From positions 21,232 to 85,231 of the forward strand of contig JAXGQJ010000007.1 of NCBI GenBank assembly GCA_040766505.1: a stretch of DNA of 64,000 bases, in the 5' to 3' direction. The position numbers were made by a program, and so were the translations under genes. Position 1 is the stretch's first letter. Each line of letters starts with the position of its first letter. The stretch comes from Clostridiales bacterium. GTDB taxonomy: Bacteria > Bacillota > Dehalobacteriia > UBA7702. Below the pieces are notes generated by a model that did no database searches, had not been told where the DNA came from, and saw nothing but the letters and a program-made list of their open reading frames with translations. Positions 50,466 to 59,769 of the stretch are shown piece after piece.

Positions 50466-52919
50466 GTGGAACAGTATATTTTACCCCTTGAAGATATTAA
50501 AATCCGCCACCAGGTGGAATTCGGCAGCAAGGCGGCGAACCTCGGCGTCATCGCCCGGGAGATGACGACCCCCCGGGGTTTCGCCATTTCCTCTAAAGTG
50601 TATATCGAGGCGCTGAACGCCAACTGCCTACAGCAGGAAATTACCGCGATGGCCCGAGAGGTGGAGGACAAGCCGATCCAGCAGATCGAACCGGTGGCGG
50701 CGGCGATCGCCGCCAAGATCACCGGGCTGGAGCTTTCCCCTAAGCTGGAAGCGATGCTGCGCGACGCTTATGAGAAAACCTGGCCCAAGGACAAGCCGGC
50801 GGTGGCGGTGCGTTCCTCCGCCACCGCCGAAGATTTGCCATCCGCCTCCTTTGCCGGCCAATTGGAGAGCTTCCTCCACATCGAAGGGGCCGGGGCCTAT
50901 CTGGAGGCGGTGAAGGAGTGCTGGGCTTCGCTCTGGACGCCCCGGGCCATCCACTACCGGCGCCAAAAGGGCATCGGCCAGAAGAACATCGCCATGGCCG
51001 TCATCGTCCAGGAGATGGTGGCGGCGTCGGCGGCGGGGGTGATGTTCACCGCCAATCCCGTCACCAATTCCCGGCAGGAGATCTATATCGAGGCCGTTCG
51101 CGGTCTCGGGGATCGCCTGGTTTTGGGGGAAACCAATGCCGATGTCTATCTGGTTCGGAAGGAGCGGCTTTCACCTCTTCCTGCGGCTGGAAGAGGAACG
51201 GTCTCTGCTGACGGAATACCAGCTGAAGGTATTGGCCGCCGCCGGAAAAAGCTGGAATTCCTTTACGATCAAGAGCAGGACGTGGAGTGGGCGCTGTGTC
51301 AGGGGGAAATCTATATCCTGCAAACCCGCCCCATCACCACCCTGGATGAGGAGGATATGCCGCTGCCGGATCCCGCCGAGATGACCGAAATCCAGCGGGA
51401 AGTCTGGATCAATGTCAACGAGCGTTTTCCCGACCCGGTGCTGCCCATCGACGGCATCATCGCCAAGATATACTATCAAAGCCTGTTTTCCGCGTATAAA
51501 AGCCTGGATTTCCAGGTGCCCTATGTGGATTGGAAACGGGTGGAAGAGGGGTTTTTCCCGGAATATTTCCAGCCCCCGGCCATTACACGGCGGCCCTGGC
51601 GCAGGGTGAAGCTGCGGAATGTCGACCGGCTCGACATCGAAAAGGAATGGCGGGACAATGAAAATGCCTTCAACCGCTATCTCGCTTTGCTGCAAAACCC
51701 CGATTTGCCCGGCTATCCGCTGGAAACGGTGATGGAATACCTGGAAGATGCCTTGAAGGACTTTCAGCGGGCGCTGTATCTGCGCTATCTTCTTTATATC
51801 CGCTATAATATGAAATACAATGCCCTCGTCGCCGCTGTGGAGAAGAAATTTGGCCAAGAGGGCAGAACGGCGCTGGACAGCGCCATCGCTGGCGAACCCC
51901 AGATCACGATGGAACTGAACGACGCATTGCGCCGCCTCGCCATTGAAGCGGGAGAGGATCCGCACCTCGCCAAAATCCTCCTCGGCGGCGACCTGCTCCG
52001 AATCGAAGAGGTGTTTCGGGAAAGCCTGGGGGATCACCCGTTCCTCGGCCGCTACCACGCTTTTATGGCGAAATATGGCGACCGGGAAATCAGCCAGGGC
52101 CTGGGGGGCCTCGCCGCCGCCCTTTGGCGGGACGAGCCGGCGGTGGTTTGGGGCATGATTCGCGGCCTGCTCAAAGCCGATACGGCCGGAACGGCGCCGG
52201 AAAAGGAACCGGCCCGGGAAGCGATCCGGCAACGCCTCAAGCAGGATCGCCGTTTGGCGGCGAAAATTCGGGACGCCCGGCGCTACAATGCCTTCCGAGA
52301 AAACAGCCATTTCTATCTCACCCGGGCGATGACGGTCTTTTCCTCCCTCTTCCTGCAAATTGGCGACCGGCTGGAAAAGAAAGGCCTGTTGGACGACGGC
52401 AAAGACATCGTCTATTTCACCTATTTTGAAATCAAAGACATCATTTTCAATCTCCATAGCATGCAGAAGATCAGCCGTTTGGAGCTGGCGGAAACCATTG
52501 CCGACCGGAAGGCCCGGCAGAAGCGGCGGGAACGGCGCTGGTTGAGCCGGAAATCCGGGGATCGGCTCAGCTATGGCGATGTGATCCGGGGTGTGGCGGC
52601 TTCCGGCGGCCTGGTGCAAGGCCCCTGCCGGATCATCAAGAGCCCCCAGGAATTCCACCGGCTGGAGCCCGGCGATATCATGGTGGCGGAATATACAAAT
52701 CCTTCCTGGACGCCGGTGTTCTCCTTCATCGGCGGCCTGGTGGTGGAATATGGCAGCGCCGTTTCCCACGCGGCGATCATCGCCAGGGAATACGGCATCC
52801 CCGCCGTTTTCGGCATCGACGGCATCGTCGGGACTTTGGTGGACGGGGAAGAGGTGATCATAGATGGGAGCCGCGGCATCATCCACCGCACCCCCAGGCT
52901 TCCGATAGATACCCGATAA
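50466..52919 (+). CDS. PEP-utilising enzyme with rifampicin-phosphotransferase-like three-domain layout; compensating frameshifts near 51150-51250
   Basis: GTG after GGGAGGAG. N-terminal PPDK_N/ATP-grasp (FGSKAANLG...VAVRSSATAEDLPSASFAGQ...WASLWTPRAIHYR), a long helical middle, and a C-terminal swivel domain (...NPSWTPVFSFIGGLVVEYGSAVSHAAIIAREYGIPAV). Confidence 0.8.
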   Translation: MEQYILPLEDIKIRHQVEFGSKAANLGVIAREMTTPRGFAISSKVYIEALNANCLQQEITAMAREVEDKPIQQIEPVAAAIAAKITGLELSPKLEAMLRDAYEKTWPKDKPAVAVRSSATAEDLPSASFAGQLESFLHIEGAGAYLEAVKECWASLWTPRAIHYRRQKGIGQKNIAMAVIVQEMVAASAAGVMFTANPVTNSRQEIYIEAVRGLGDRLVLGETNADVYLVRKERLSPLPAAGRGTVSADGIPAEGIGRRRKKLEFLYDQEQDVEWALCQGEIYILQTRPITTLDEEDMPLPDPAEMTEIQREVWINVNERFPDPVLPIDGIIAKIYYQSLFSAYKSLDFQVPYVDWKRVEEGFFPEYFQPPAITRRPWRRVKLRNVDRLDIEKEWRDNENAFNRYLALLQNPDLPGYPLETVMEYLEDALKDFQRALYLRYLLYIRYNMKYNALVAAVEKKFGQEGRTALDSAIAGEPQITMELNDALRRLAIEAGEDPHLAKILLGGDLLRIEEVFRESLGDHPFLGRYHAFMAKYGDREISQGLGGLAAALWRDEPAVVWGMIRGLLKADTAGTAPEKEPAREAIRQRLKQDRRLAAKIRDARRYNAFRENSHFYLTRAMTVFSSLFLQIGDRLEKKGLLDDGKDIVYFTYFEIKDIIFNLHSMQKISRLELAETIADRKARQKRRERRWLSRKSGDRLSYGDVIRGVAASGGLVQGPCRIIKSPQEFHRLEPGDIMVAEYTNPSWTPVFSFIGGLVVEYGSAVSHAAIIAREYGIPAVFGIDGIVGTLVDGEEVIIDGSRGIIHRTPRLPIDTR

Positions 52920-53237
52920 CGTCGTTGTCACCACAGGGCCGGATCCTCACATACCTGTAAGTATTGTTCGGCCCCGGCCCTGTGGTTCCGCCTAGCTCTC
53001 GGGCATCTCTCGAAAGCCTGCCCGGGCTTCGCCTCGCGGCTGATCGCGTCGTTGCGGCCAAGGGGCCGGATCCTCACATACCTGTAAGTATTGTTCGGCC
53101 CCGGCCCCTTGGCCGCGCCTAGCGCTAAGCCGCGATGCTGTGCCTGCCAGGCTTCCGATAGATACCCGATAACGTCGTTGTCACCAAAAGGCCAGACCCT
53201 CATGTACGTCTGAGCACACGTCGGGACTGGCGCTAGG
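52895..53237. repeat. three copies of the long-hairpin repeat family (locus B)
   Basis: B1 spans 52895-52996, B2 spans 53047-53123, and B3 spans 53148-53237 (truncated). A 39-nt exact direct repeat, CAGGCTTCCGATAGATACCCGATAACGTCGTTGTCACCA, occurs at 52895-52933 and 53148-53186. Confidence 0.85.
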
Positions 53238-53423
53238 GGTGTTTTTCCGGCTTGGGGTATATGGGATAATAAAAAGGTCGGGCTTTGTGTGCGTCTGCGG
53301 AGACATGAAGCCGGCCTTTTGATCGTAATGGCGCGATTGCGCGTTTTGAAACAGAGATTGCGGGTGGAGGGCGGATATCTTTATCTGGGGCAGCGTTTTG
53401 GGATGGTGGCGGGGTTTTATCGT

Positions 53424-53828
53424 TTACCGTCTGGATTTTGGGGGGTGGGGCGGCGCTTCCCCGTCGCGGCAAAATTCCGGGGGGACGGAGGGCGGGCTTT
53501 CCGGCCGGATGTCGACGGTAGCCGGGGAGGGGACAGGGATGCGGGGCTGTGTCAGGGTTTCAATGCCGCGGCGGCTGTGCAGCCATTCCCATTTTCCCAG
53601 GGTATAGCCGGTGAGAAAGGCTTCCTGCATATAGGCGAGCAGGGCCCCCTCATCGGGTTGCCCATCCTCTTTGGCGGCTTTGGCCGAGGGGTTTTCCCGC
53701 TTAGGCAGCGGATGGGCGGCTTGATAGGCGGGCCAGAAAGCCAGCGCTTCCCGGCGAAAGAGATGCTCCAGTCGGTCGGCGGCGCTTTCATAATCCGTGA
53801 GGATGGGGTCTTGCTGTTTCCGTTCCAT
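53424..53828 (-). CDS. hypothetical protein
   Basis: ATG preceded by AAGGAGG. 134 codons (MERKQQDPILTDYESAADRLEHLF...). No recognisable family. Confidence 0.45.
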   Translation of the reverse strand: MERKQQDPILTDYESAADRLEHLFRREALAFWPAYQAAHPLPKRENPSAKAAKEDGQPDEGALLAYMQEAFLTGYTLGKWEWLHSRRGIETLTQPRIPVPSPATVDIRPESPPSVPPEFCRDGEAPPHPPKSRR

Positions 53829-54245
53829 TTTGCCCTCCTTGGGGAACCGGTGGCGAGAGGCCGCGGACGGGTTGGTGGCCGGTATGAGAAATATACGCCC
53901 GCGCCCGCGCCCCGGTTTCCATGTCGAGAGAAGCAAAAACGCTGTGCCTGGGTTGCCCCACACACAGCGTCAAATCTCGCGATCTGAATACACACAAACA
54001 ACGCAACCGGTTCCGCCGCCGCTCTCAGTGGAAACCCCCCTTGTGAAAAATCACAAGATGAGTTATAATGAGGAACGGTACGGTGTGGCCGGATGGCCAT
54101 TGTGTAGGTGTGTGGACACCTCGCAGTCCGTCGGTGGTCTAACACCGGCGGATGCCGTACTTCTTACTTCTCTCGCCAACAGTATACCCCATCCGCTAAA
54201 ATTTGGCAATCTTTATTTACCGTTTCGACAAAGGAGGATGTATTG

Positions 54246-54668
54246 ATGAAAAAGAAAACCGTTTTTGTCGCGCTTTTACTGGCTGTTGCGGTATTGTGTT
54301 TTGCCGGTTGTAACCGGAGCAAGCCTTCTGATGAGGACAAATCCTATTTGGATGAGAATGGCGAGTACTATTTCGGGGAATGGGCATTTGAAATGAACGG
54401 GCCGGAAGGCACCGCGGCCCTGTATGATTTAAGCGATGCGGAATTTGAAAAATGGCTGGATAAAAACGGCTACATCCAAGCGGGGGTGACGGTGGAATCC
54501 GCGCGGAGAGACTATACCGGCAGCGTAATGTTCATAGCGAAGATGAGCGACGATGAGATCAAGGCAACCTTTTTTATGAGCGATGAAGAAATCCGCATAT
54601 TTCGGGACTATGTCGCGGATGTATTTGGCGACCCCGACGACTATAATCTTGAGGATTATGAGCATTAA
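54246..54668 (+). CDS. small lipoprotein
   Basis: MKKKTVFVALLLAVAVLCFAGC lipobox. 140 aa. More AT-rich than its surroundings. Confidence 0.75.
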   Translation: MKKKTVFVALLLAVAVLCFAGCNRSKPSDEDKSYLDENGEYYFGEWAFEMNGPEGTAALYDLSDAEFEKWLDKNGYIQAGVTVESARRDYTGSVMFIAKMSDDEIKATFFMSDEEIRIFRDYVADVFGDPDDYNLEDYEH

Positions 54669-55584
54669 GGCCCTTGCGCTTCAAGCATAAAAATCCGTAT
54701 GGCCGGGGGAAGGAAGGGCGGCGCAGTTTTTTGAAAGCGCCGGGCCTTCCTTTTCCCTTGTGTTTTGGGCGGGTTTTGGCGTATAATGAAGGGGAAAAAA
54801 GTGTTCGGGAGGAAGCTATGAAACTTTGGGGCGGCCGCTTTGCCAAAAACAGCGATCGGAGGATGGACGATTTTCATTCCTCCATCCGTTTCGACCGGAG
54901 ATTGTACCGGGAGGACATCGAGGGTTCCCTGGCCCACGTCGCCAAGCTGGGGAAAACCGGCGTGATTTGGATGAGAATGGCGAGTACTATTTCGGGGAAT
55001 GGGCATTTGAAATGAACGGGCCGGAAGGCACCGCGGCCCTGTATGATTTAAGCCGATGCGGAATTTGAAAAATGGCTGGATAAAACGGCTACATCCAAGC
55101 GGGGTGACGGTGGAATCCGCGCGGAGAGACTATACCGGCAGCGTAATGTTCATAGCGAAGATGAGCGACGATGAGATCAAGGCAACCTTTTTTATGAGCG
55201 ATGAAGAAATCCGCATATTTCAAAATTATGTCGCGGATGGATGGCGACCCCGACGACTATAATCTTGAGGATTATGAGCATTAAGGCCCTCGCGCTTCAA
55301 GCATAAAAATCCGTATGGCCGGGGAAGGAAGGGCGGCGCAGTTTTTTGAAAGCGCCGGGCCTTCCTTTTTCCCTTGTGTTTTGGGCGGGTTTTGGCGTAT
55401 AATGAAGGGGAAAAAAAGGCGTTCGGGAGGAAGCTATGAAACTTTGGGGCGGCCGCTTTGCTAAAAACAGCGATCGGAGGATGGACGATTTTCATTCCTC
55501 CTATCCGTTTCGACCGGAGATTGTACCGGGAGGACATCGAGGGTTCCCTGGCCCACGTCGCCATGCTGGGAAACCGGCGTGATT
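54346..55584. repeat. ~0.62-kb direct tandem duplication (two copies)
   Basis: Copy 1 (54346-54964) and copy 2 (54965-55584) each hold the lipoprotein 3' part, the intergenic region and the first ~49 codons of argH. They differ by a few substitutions and homopolymer indels. The junction shares GATT/ATTTGG microhomology. Confidence 0.85.
54818..54964 (+). pseudogene. argH: truncated 5' fragment of argH created by the duplication
   Basis: [50 protein letters not shown], then an abrupt switch into the repeated lipoprotein sequence. Confidence 0.75.
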
Positions 55585-56791
55585 CCCGAGGAGGATGCTG
55601 TATGATCCGCGCCGGGCTACGGGAGATTCTGGCGGAAATCGCTGGGCGGGTGGAATTCGACGCCGCCGCCGAGGACATTCATATGAACATCGAAACCCTG
55701 CTGATCGAAAAATCGGCGCAGCGGGGAAAAAGCTCCATACCGCCCGCAGCCGCAATGACCAGGTGGCCCTCGACATCCGGCTCTATCTGCGGCGGGAGAT
55801 CGGGGAAATCCAGGCGCTGGCGCGGCCCTCGCCGAAACGCTGCTCGATCTCGCGGCGGAACACGCGGAAACGATCAGCGCCCGGCCATACCCACCTGCAT
55901 GCCCAGCCGGTTTCCTTCGGCCATCATCTGTTGGCCTATTTTGGAAATGCTGCTGCGGGATATGGGCCGCTTCCGGGACGCCGCCCGGCGCATGAATGTG
56001 CTGCCGCTGGGGGCCGGGGCCCTGGCCGGCACCGTTTTCCCCCTCGACCGGGAGATGGTCAAAGAAGATCTGGGCTTCGGCGCCGTCAGCGCCAATAGCC
56101 TTGACGCTGGCGGATCGCGACTTCGCGCTGTCCTCGCCGCCGCCATTTTGATGATGCATCTGTCCCGTTTTTCCGAGGAGATCATCGTCTGGTCCTCCGG
56201 CGAATTCGGCTTTCTCGGCCTGGACGACGGCTACAGCACCGCCTCGATCATGCCGCAGAAAAAAATCCCGATGTGGCGGAATTGGTTCGGGCAAACCGGC
56301 CGGGTGTACGGCGATTTGATGGCGCTACTGACGGTGTGATGAAGGGCCTGCCCCTCGCTTACAATAAGGACATGCAGGAGGATAAGGAGGGCCTTTTTGA
56401 CGCCGTAGACACCGTGAAGCAATGCCCGCCATCTTCCGGCCGATGGTGGCGACGAAGGTGAACAAAGAGCGGATGCGGGCTGAGCAAGGAACGGGCTTTA
56501 CTGTCGCCACCGACGCCGCCGATTATCTCGCCGCCAAGGTGCCCTTCCGGGAGTACCATATCGGGTCGTCGGCGCCATCGTCCTCCACTGTGAAGGAGAG
56601 GGGAAGCGCCTGGCCGATCTGACCCTGGCGGATTGGCGGCGCTTCTCCCGCTTTCGACGAGGACATTTTCACCTTCATCCAAATCGAAACAGCCTGGCCC
56701 GCCGCAAAAGTTCAGGGCGGCCCCGCCTTCGAACGGGCCAGGGAAGCGATCGCGGCGGGACGGGAACGCCCTCAAAGCGCTGTTGGATTGA
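55436..56791 (+). CDS. argH: argininosuccinate lyase (many frameshifts in this assembly)
   Basis: [19 protein letters not shown]..., ...[21 protein letters not shown]..., ...PGYTHLQ-like..., ...SSIMPQKKNPD-like (IMPQKKIPM)..., ...[18 protein letters not shown]...; pieces lie in all three frames. Confidence 0.85.
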
Positions 56792-56815
56792 ACCCTTTCC
56801 CGCCGCCGTGAAAAA

Positions 56816-56859
56816 CCCCGGCGGAGCATGGCCGCCGCCGCCGCTCCGCCGGGGTTTTT
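56816..56859 (+). terminator. rho-independent terminator after argH
   Basis: CCCCGGCGGAGC - loop - GCTCCGCCGGGG followed by TTTTT. Confidence 0.7.
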
Positions 56860-57176
56860 GCGTTTCCAGCGCCGCGTGTTACGGCTGTTTTTGGGCTGTT
56901 ATGCCAAGTGAAAACAGCTTTCCTTCAAAAAGAAAATGTCCGCTTGATAGGCCGCCGCGTTCTTTGGTTCCACGCCAAATCTTGCCCATATCCCGCCGCC
57001 GGCAGCAAGGTAAGGTCGGCGCGGAACGCATAAAGATATTGGCTGGCCGTTTCATTTGCCAGCCGCTGAGAGGGAGGGCCGATTTTTTCCCGCACCGCTT
57101 CCTCCGTTGCCAGGAAGCCGATTTCTCCCGCCCATTCCCAGTCGCAGGCCAGCGCCTGAAAGAAATCGCCGGCGCT

Positions 57177-57640
57177 TTATTCCGCGGCTTCGGCGTCGGC
57201 TTTCGTCTCCGGAAACCGCCCCAGGGTGCTCCGCGGCGCGTAAAGGGAGTACAGTTTGAGGGGCCCTTCGCCGACATTGGTCAGATTGTGCCAGGTACCG
57301 GCGGGTATGATGATGGCGGTGTCGTCGAAACGAGCTGCCGCAGGGTGGTGCAGTTTCTGCGTTTTCCCATTTCGATTGATGCCCTTGCCCGCCCGATGCG
57401 CAGGAACTGGTCGACGTCGGGGTGCATTTCCAAGCCGATGTCTTCCCCAATTTCCAGGCGCATTAGGTGAGCTGAAAGCGGCAGCCGGTCCACAGTGCGG
57501 CGTGAAATAAGGGTTTTCCAGCGTGGCTTTGTTGATGTCGACGATGAAGGGATGGGGCCAAAATCCGTCGCCGCCGGTGGTGGGTAGTAAGTGTGTGGCA
57601 AGGATAGGCGCTTATTGTCGGTTCGTCCCCATCCTTTCGG
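57177..57640 (-). CDS. cupin-domain protein (frameshifted; 5' end uncertain)
   Basis: ...LMRLEIGEDIGLEMHPDVDQFLRI... and ...DDTAIIIPAGTWHNLTNVGEGPLKLYSLYAP... in adjacent minus-strand frames. TAA at 57177-57179. Confidence 0.55.
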
Positions 57641-57766
57641 TTGCGATTGTACATATCAGTTTCCAACTCCTTTTTTGTATTCCTCACATCATATGATTTT
57701 CCGCTGCGTGGGGTTACTGAAATGGCGAAAAGGACAGAGCGTTCGGCTTGCAGGGCAAAGTCAAGA

Positions 57767-57936
57767 AGCCGATCAGCCTACGGCGCTACAGATTGAGATG
57801 CCTGAAAGCGTACTCGGCCCCCTTTTAGACGATCCCCTGCTATACAATAATTTTTTCGACGCCGCGTTCCATGTAACGGTTGCCGTATCCTTTTCCTGAA
57901 TCCTTTTGCGGATCGTCCAAGGTCGCTGCGCAGAGG
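57767..57936. repeat. solo, diverged, inverted copy of the 170-nt core of the 22829-23574 array
   Basis: The plus strand here aligns to the reverse complement of the array core. The central part (GACGATCCCCTGCTA...TTCGACGCC.CGTTCCATGTAACGGTT...ATCCTTTTGCGGATCGTCCAAGGTCGCTGCGCAG) is nearly identical. The GC hairpin part has decayed. Confidence 0.85.
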
Positions 57937-57940
57937 AAGC

Positions 57941-58330
57941 TTAGGTTTGAGAGCGTTTTCTCCGTCCTTTCCATGTAAACATCTGTCGGCCGTTTCTTGG
58001 CAGCGGGGTTGGGGAGGGGCTGCAAAAAATTTGGGGCTGGACAAAAGAGGCCGGGTTCTCTATAAGGCGATACTGTAGGTAACTGTGTACCGCGTCGCAT
58101 GGAACCGTTTCGTAGGATGGAAGGATGGTGGGAAATGGCGATTTGGCTTTCTGTTTGCGCGCCGCCGCTCTTTTTCGAGCAGCCGGCGGATAAAGCGGGG
58201 GGAAAGCGAAACGCCCGACGCCGCCCGGCGAAACCCGGAATCCGGCCGTTTGGTCAACGCATCGCGGCGGTGCAGCGATTTTCCGCCATCTCGCGGGCCG
58301 GGCCGGAAATGAAAATTTAGGGCTTGGTTT
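57941..58330 (-). pseudogene. tentative AraC-family HTH regulator remnant
   Basis: Weak evidence. The minus-strand pieces ...AASGVSLSPRFIRRLLEKE... and ...SYLQYRLIENPA... resemble the two AraC HTH helices (G.S..Y..R.F.KE / YL...RI..A) but sit in different frames. Confidence 0.25.
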
Positions 58331-58441
58331 TTCTATTTTTTGGAGCGGGCCGGGCGGTCCGCCTGCCGGCCCATTCAACCATTGCCTGAACCGCAGGAAC
58401 GCGGCTGCGCCGGGAAAAAGGAGCAAAGCGAGATGATGAAG

Positions 58442-59739
58442 ATGATATGGCGCTCCCGAATTTGAATGTATGACCTGAACAAAATGAACGTCCCGTACTC
58501 GAGCGGCTAGCCAGCTCCTCCAACGGGTATACGACAAAATTCCCGCAACAGGTGGTAAAAAAGTTTTACGGGCGGGGGTAAAACCGTCGGACTGTAAAAG
58601 CCTGAAAGACCTGGCGAAATTTCCCTTCACCACCAAGGCCGATCTTAGGGACAATTATCCTTTCGGCCTCTTTGCCGTTCCGAAAAAGGACATTGTCCGG
58701 CTTCACGCTTCTTCCGGCACGAGGAAGCCCATCGTCGTCGGCTATACCGCCTATGATATGGAAGCCTGGACCGATTGCGTCGCCCGGATGGCTTCCGCCG
58801 CCGGGGTAACGAAATACGATACGGCGCAAATCTGTTTCAGCTATGGCCTTTTTACCGGGGGTTTCGGCCTCCACTATGGCCTGAGCGGCTGGGAGCCACG
58901 GTGATTCCCATTTCCGGCGGCAATACGGAAAAGCAATTGATGATCATGCAGGATTTCGGCACCACCACATTGATTTCCACCCCTCCTATTCCCTCTATAT
59001 CGGCGAAGTGGCAGAAAAACTCGGCCCTCGATATGGAGAAGATGAAGCTCAGGTCGGCCTTTTCGGCGGCGAGCCCTGGAGCGAAGGGATGCGGAAGGAG
59101 ATTGAAAAGCGCCTTGCCATCCTGGCCACCGACAATTACGGTTTCAGTGAAGTGATGGGGCCCGGCGTTTCCGGGGAATGCGTCTATGCCGTCGGCCATC
59201 ACATCGCCGAGGATCAGGTGCTGGTGGAAACGATCGACCCCCATACCGGGGAGGTATTGCCCCCGGGCGAGAAGGGGGAACTCGTTTTCACCTCTTTAAA
59301 CCGGGACGCTTGCCCCGTCGTCCGCTACCGCAGCAAGGACATTTCCCGGATCATCCAGGAACCTTGCGCCTGCGGCCGCACCAATGCCAGAATGGAACGG
59401 GTGACCGGCCGTACCGACGATATGATGATCATCCGCGGCGTCAATGTTTTCCCCTCTCAGATTGAGGAGGTGTTGCTGAGCGTCGACGGCATCGGCCCCG
59501 ATTATCAGATCAATGTCTACCGCAAAAATTATCTCGACAGCCTCGAAGTGATGGTGGAATTGCGGGACGGTTCGCTGCTGGAAAAATTCAGCGAGCTGGA
59601 AAATCTGGAGCGCTCCATCGTCGCCAAGCTTCACAATGTGCTGTCCATTCATGTGAAAGTCCGCCTGGTGGAACCCCATACCTTCGAACGGTCGCCAGGG
59701 AAGGCCAAGCGGGTCAACGATTTAAGAGAGAAAGAATAA
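58442..59739 (+). CDS. paaK: phenylacetate-CoA ligase (frameshifted)
   Basis: MIW...FECMT..., ...[40 protein letters not shown]..., ...[17 protein letters not shown]..., and the intact C-terminal ORF 59008-59739 (...[38 protein letters not shown]...). Confidence 0.85.
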
Positions 59740-59769
59740 AGCGCGTCAAGCGAAATGGGAAGGGATCTT

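Noticed and set aside
57736-57957. The 8-nt direct repeat AGAGCGTT as proof of transposition of the solo repeat copy
   Set aside because: A single 8-nt match within short flanks could be chance. No terminal inverted repeats or transposase were seen. I report it only as a weak hint.
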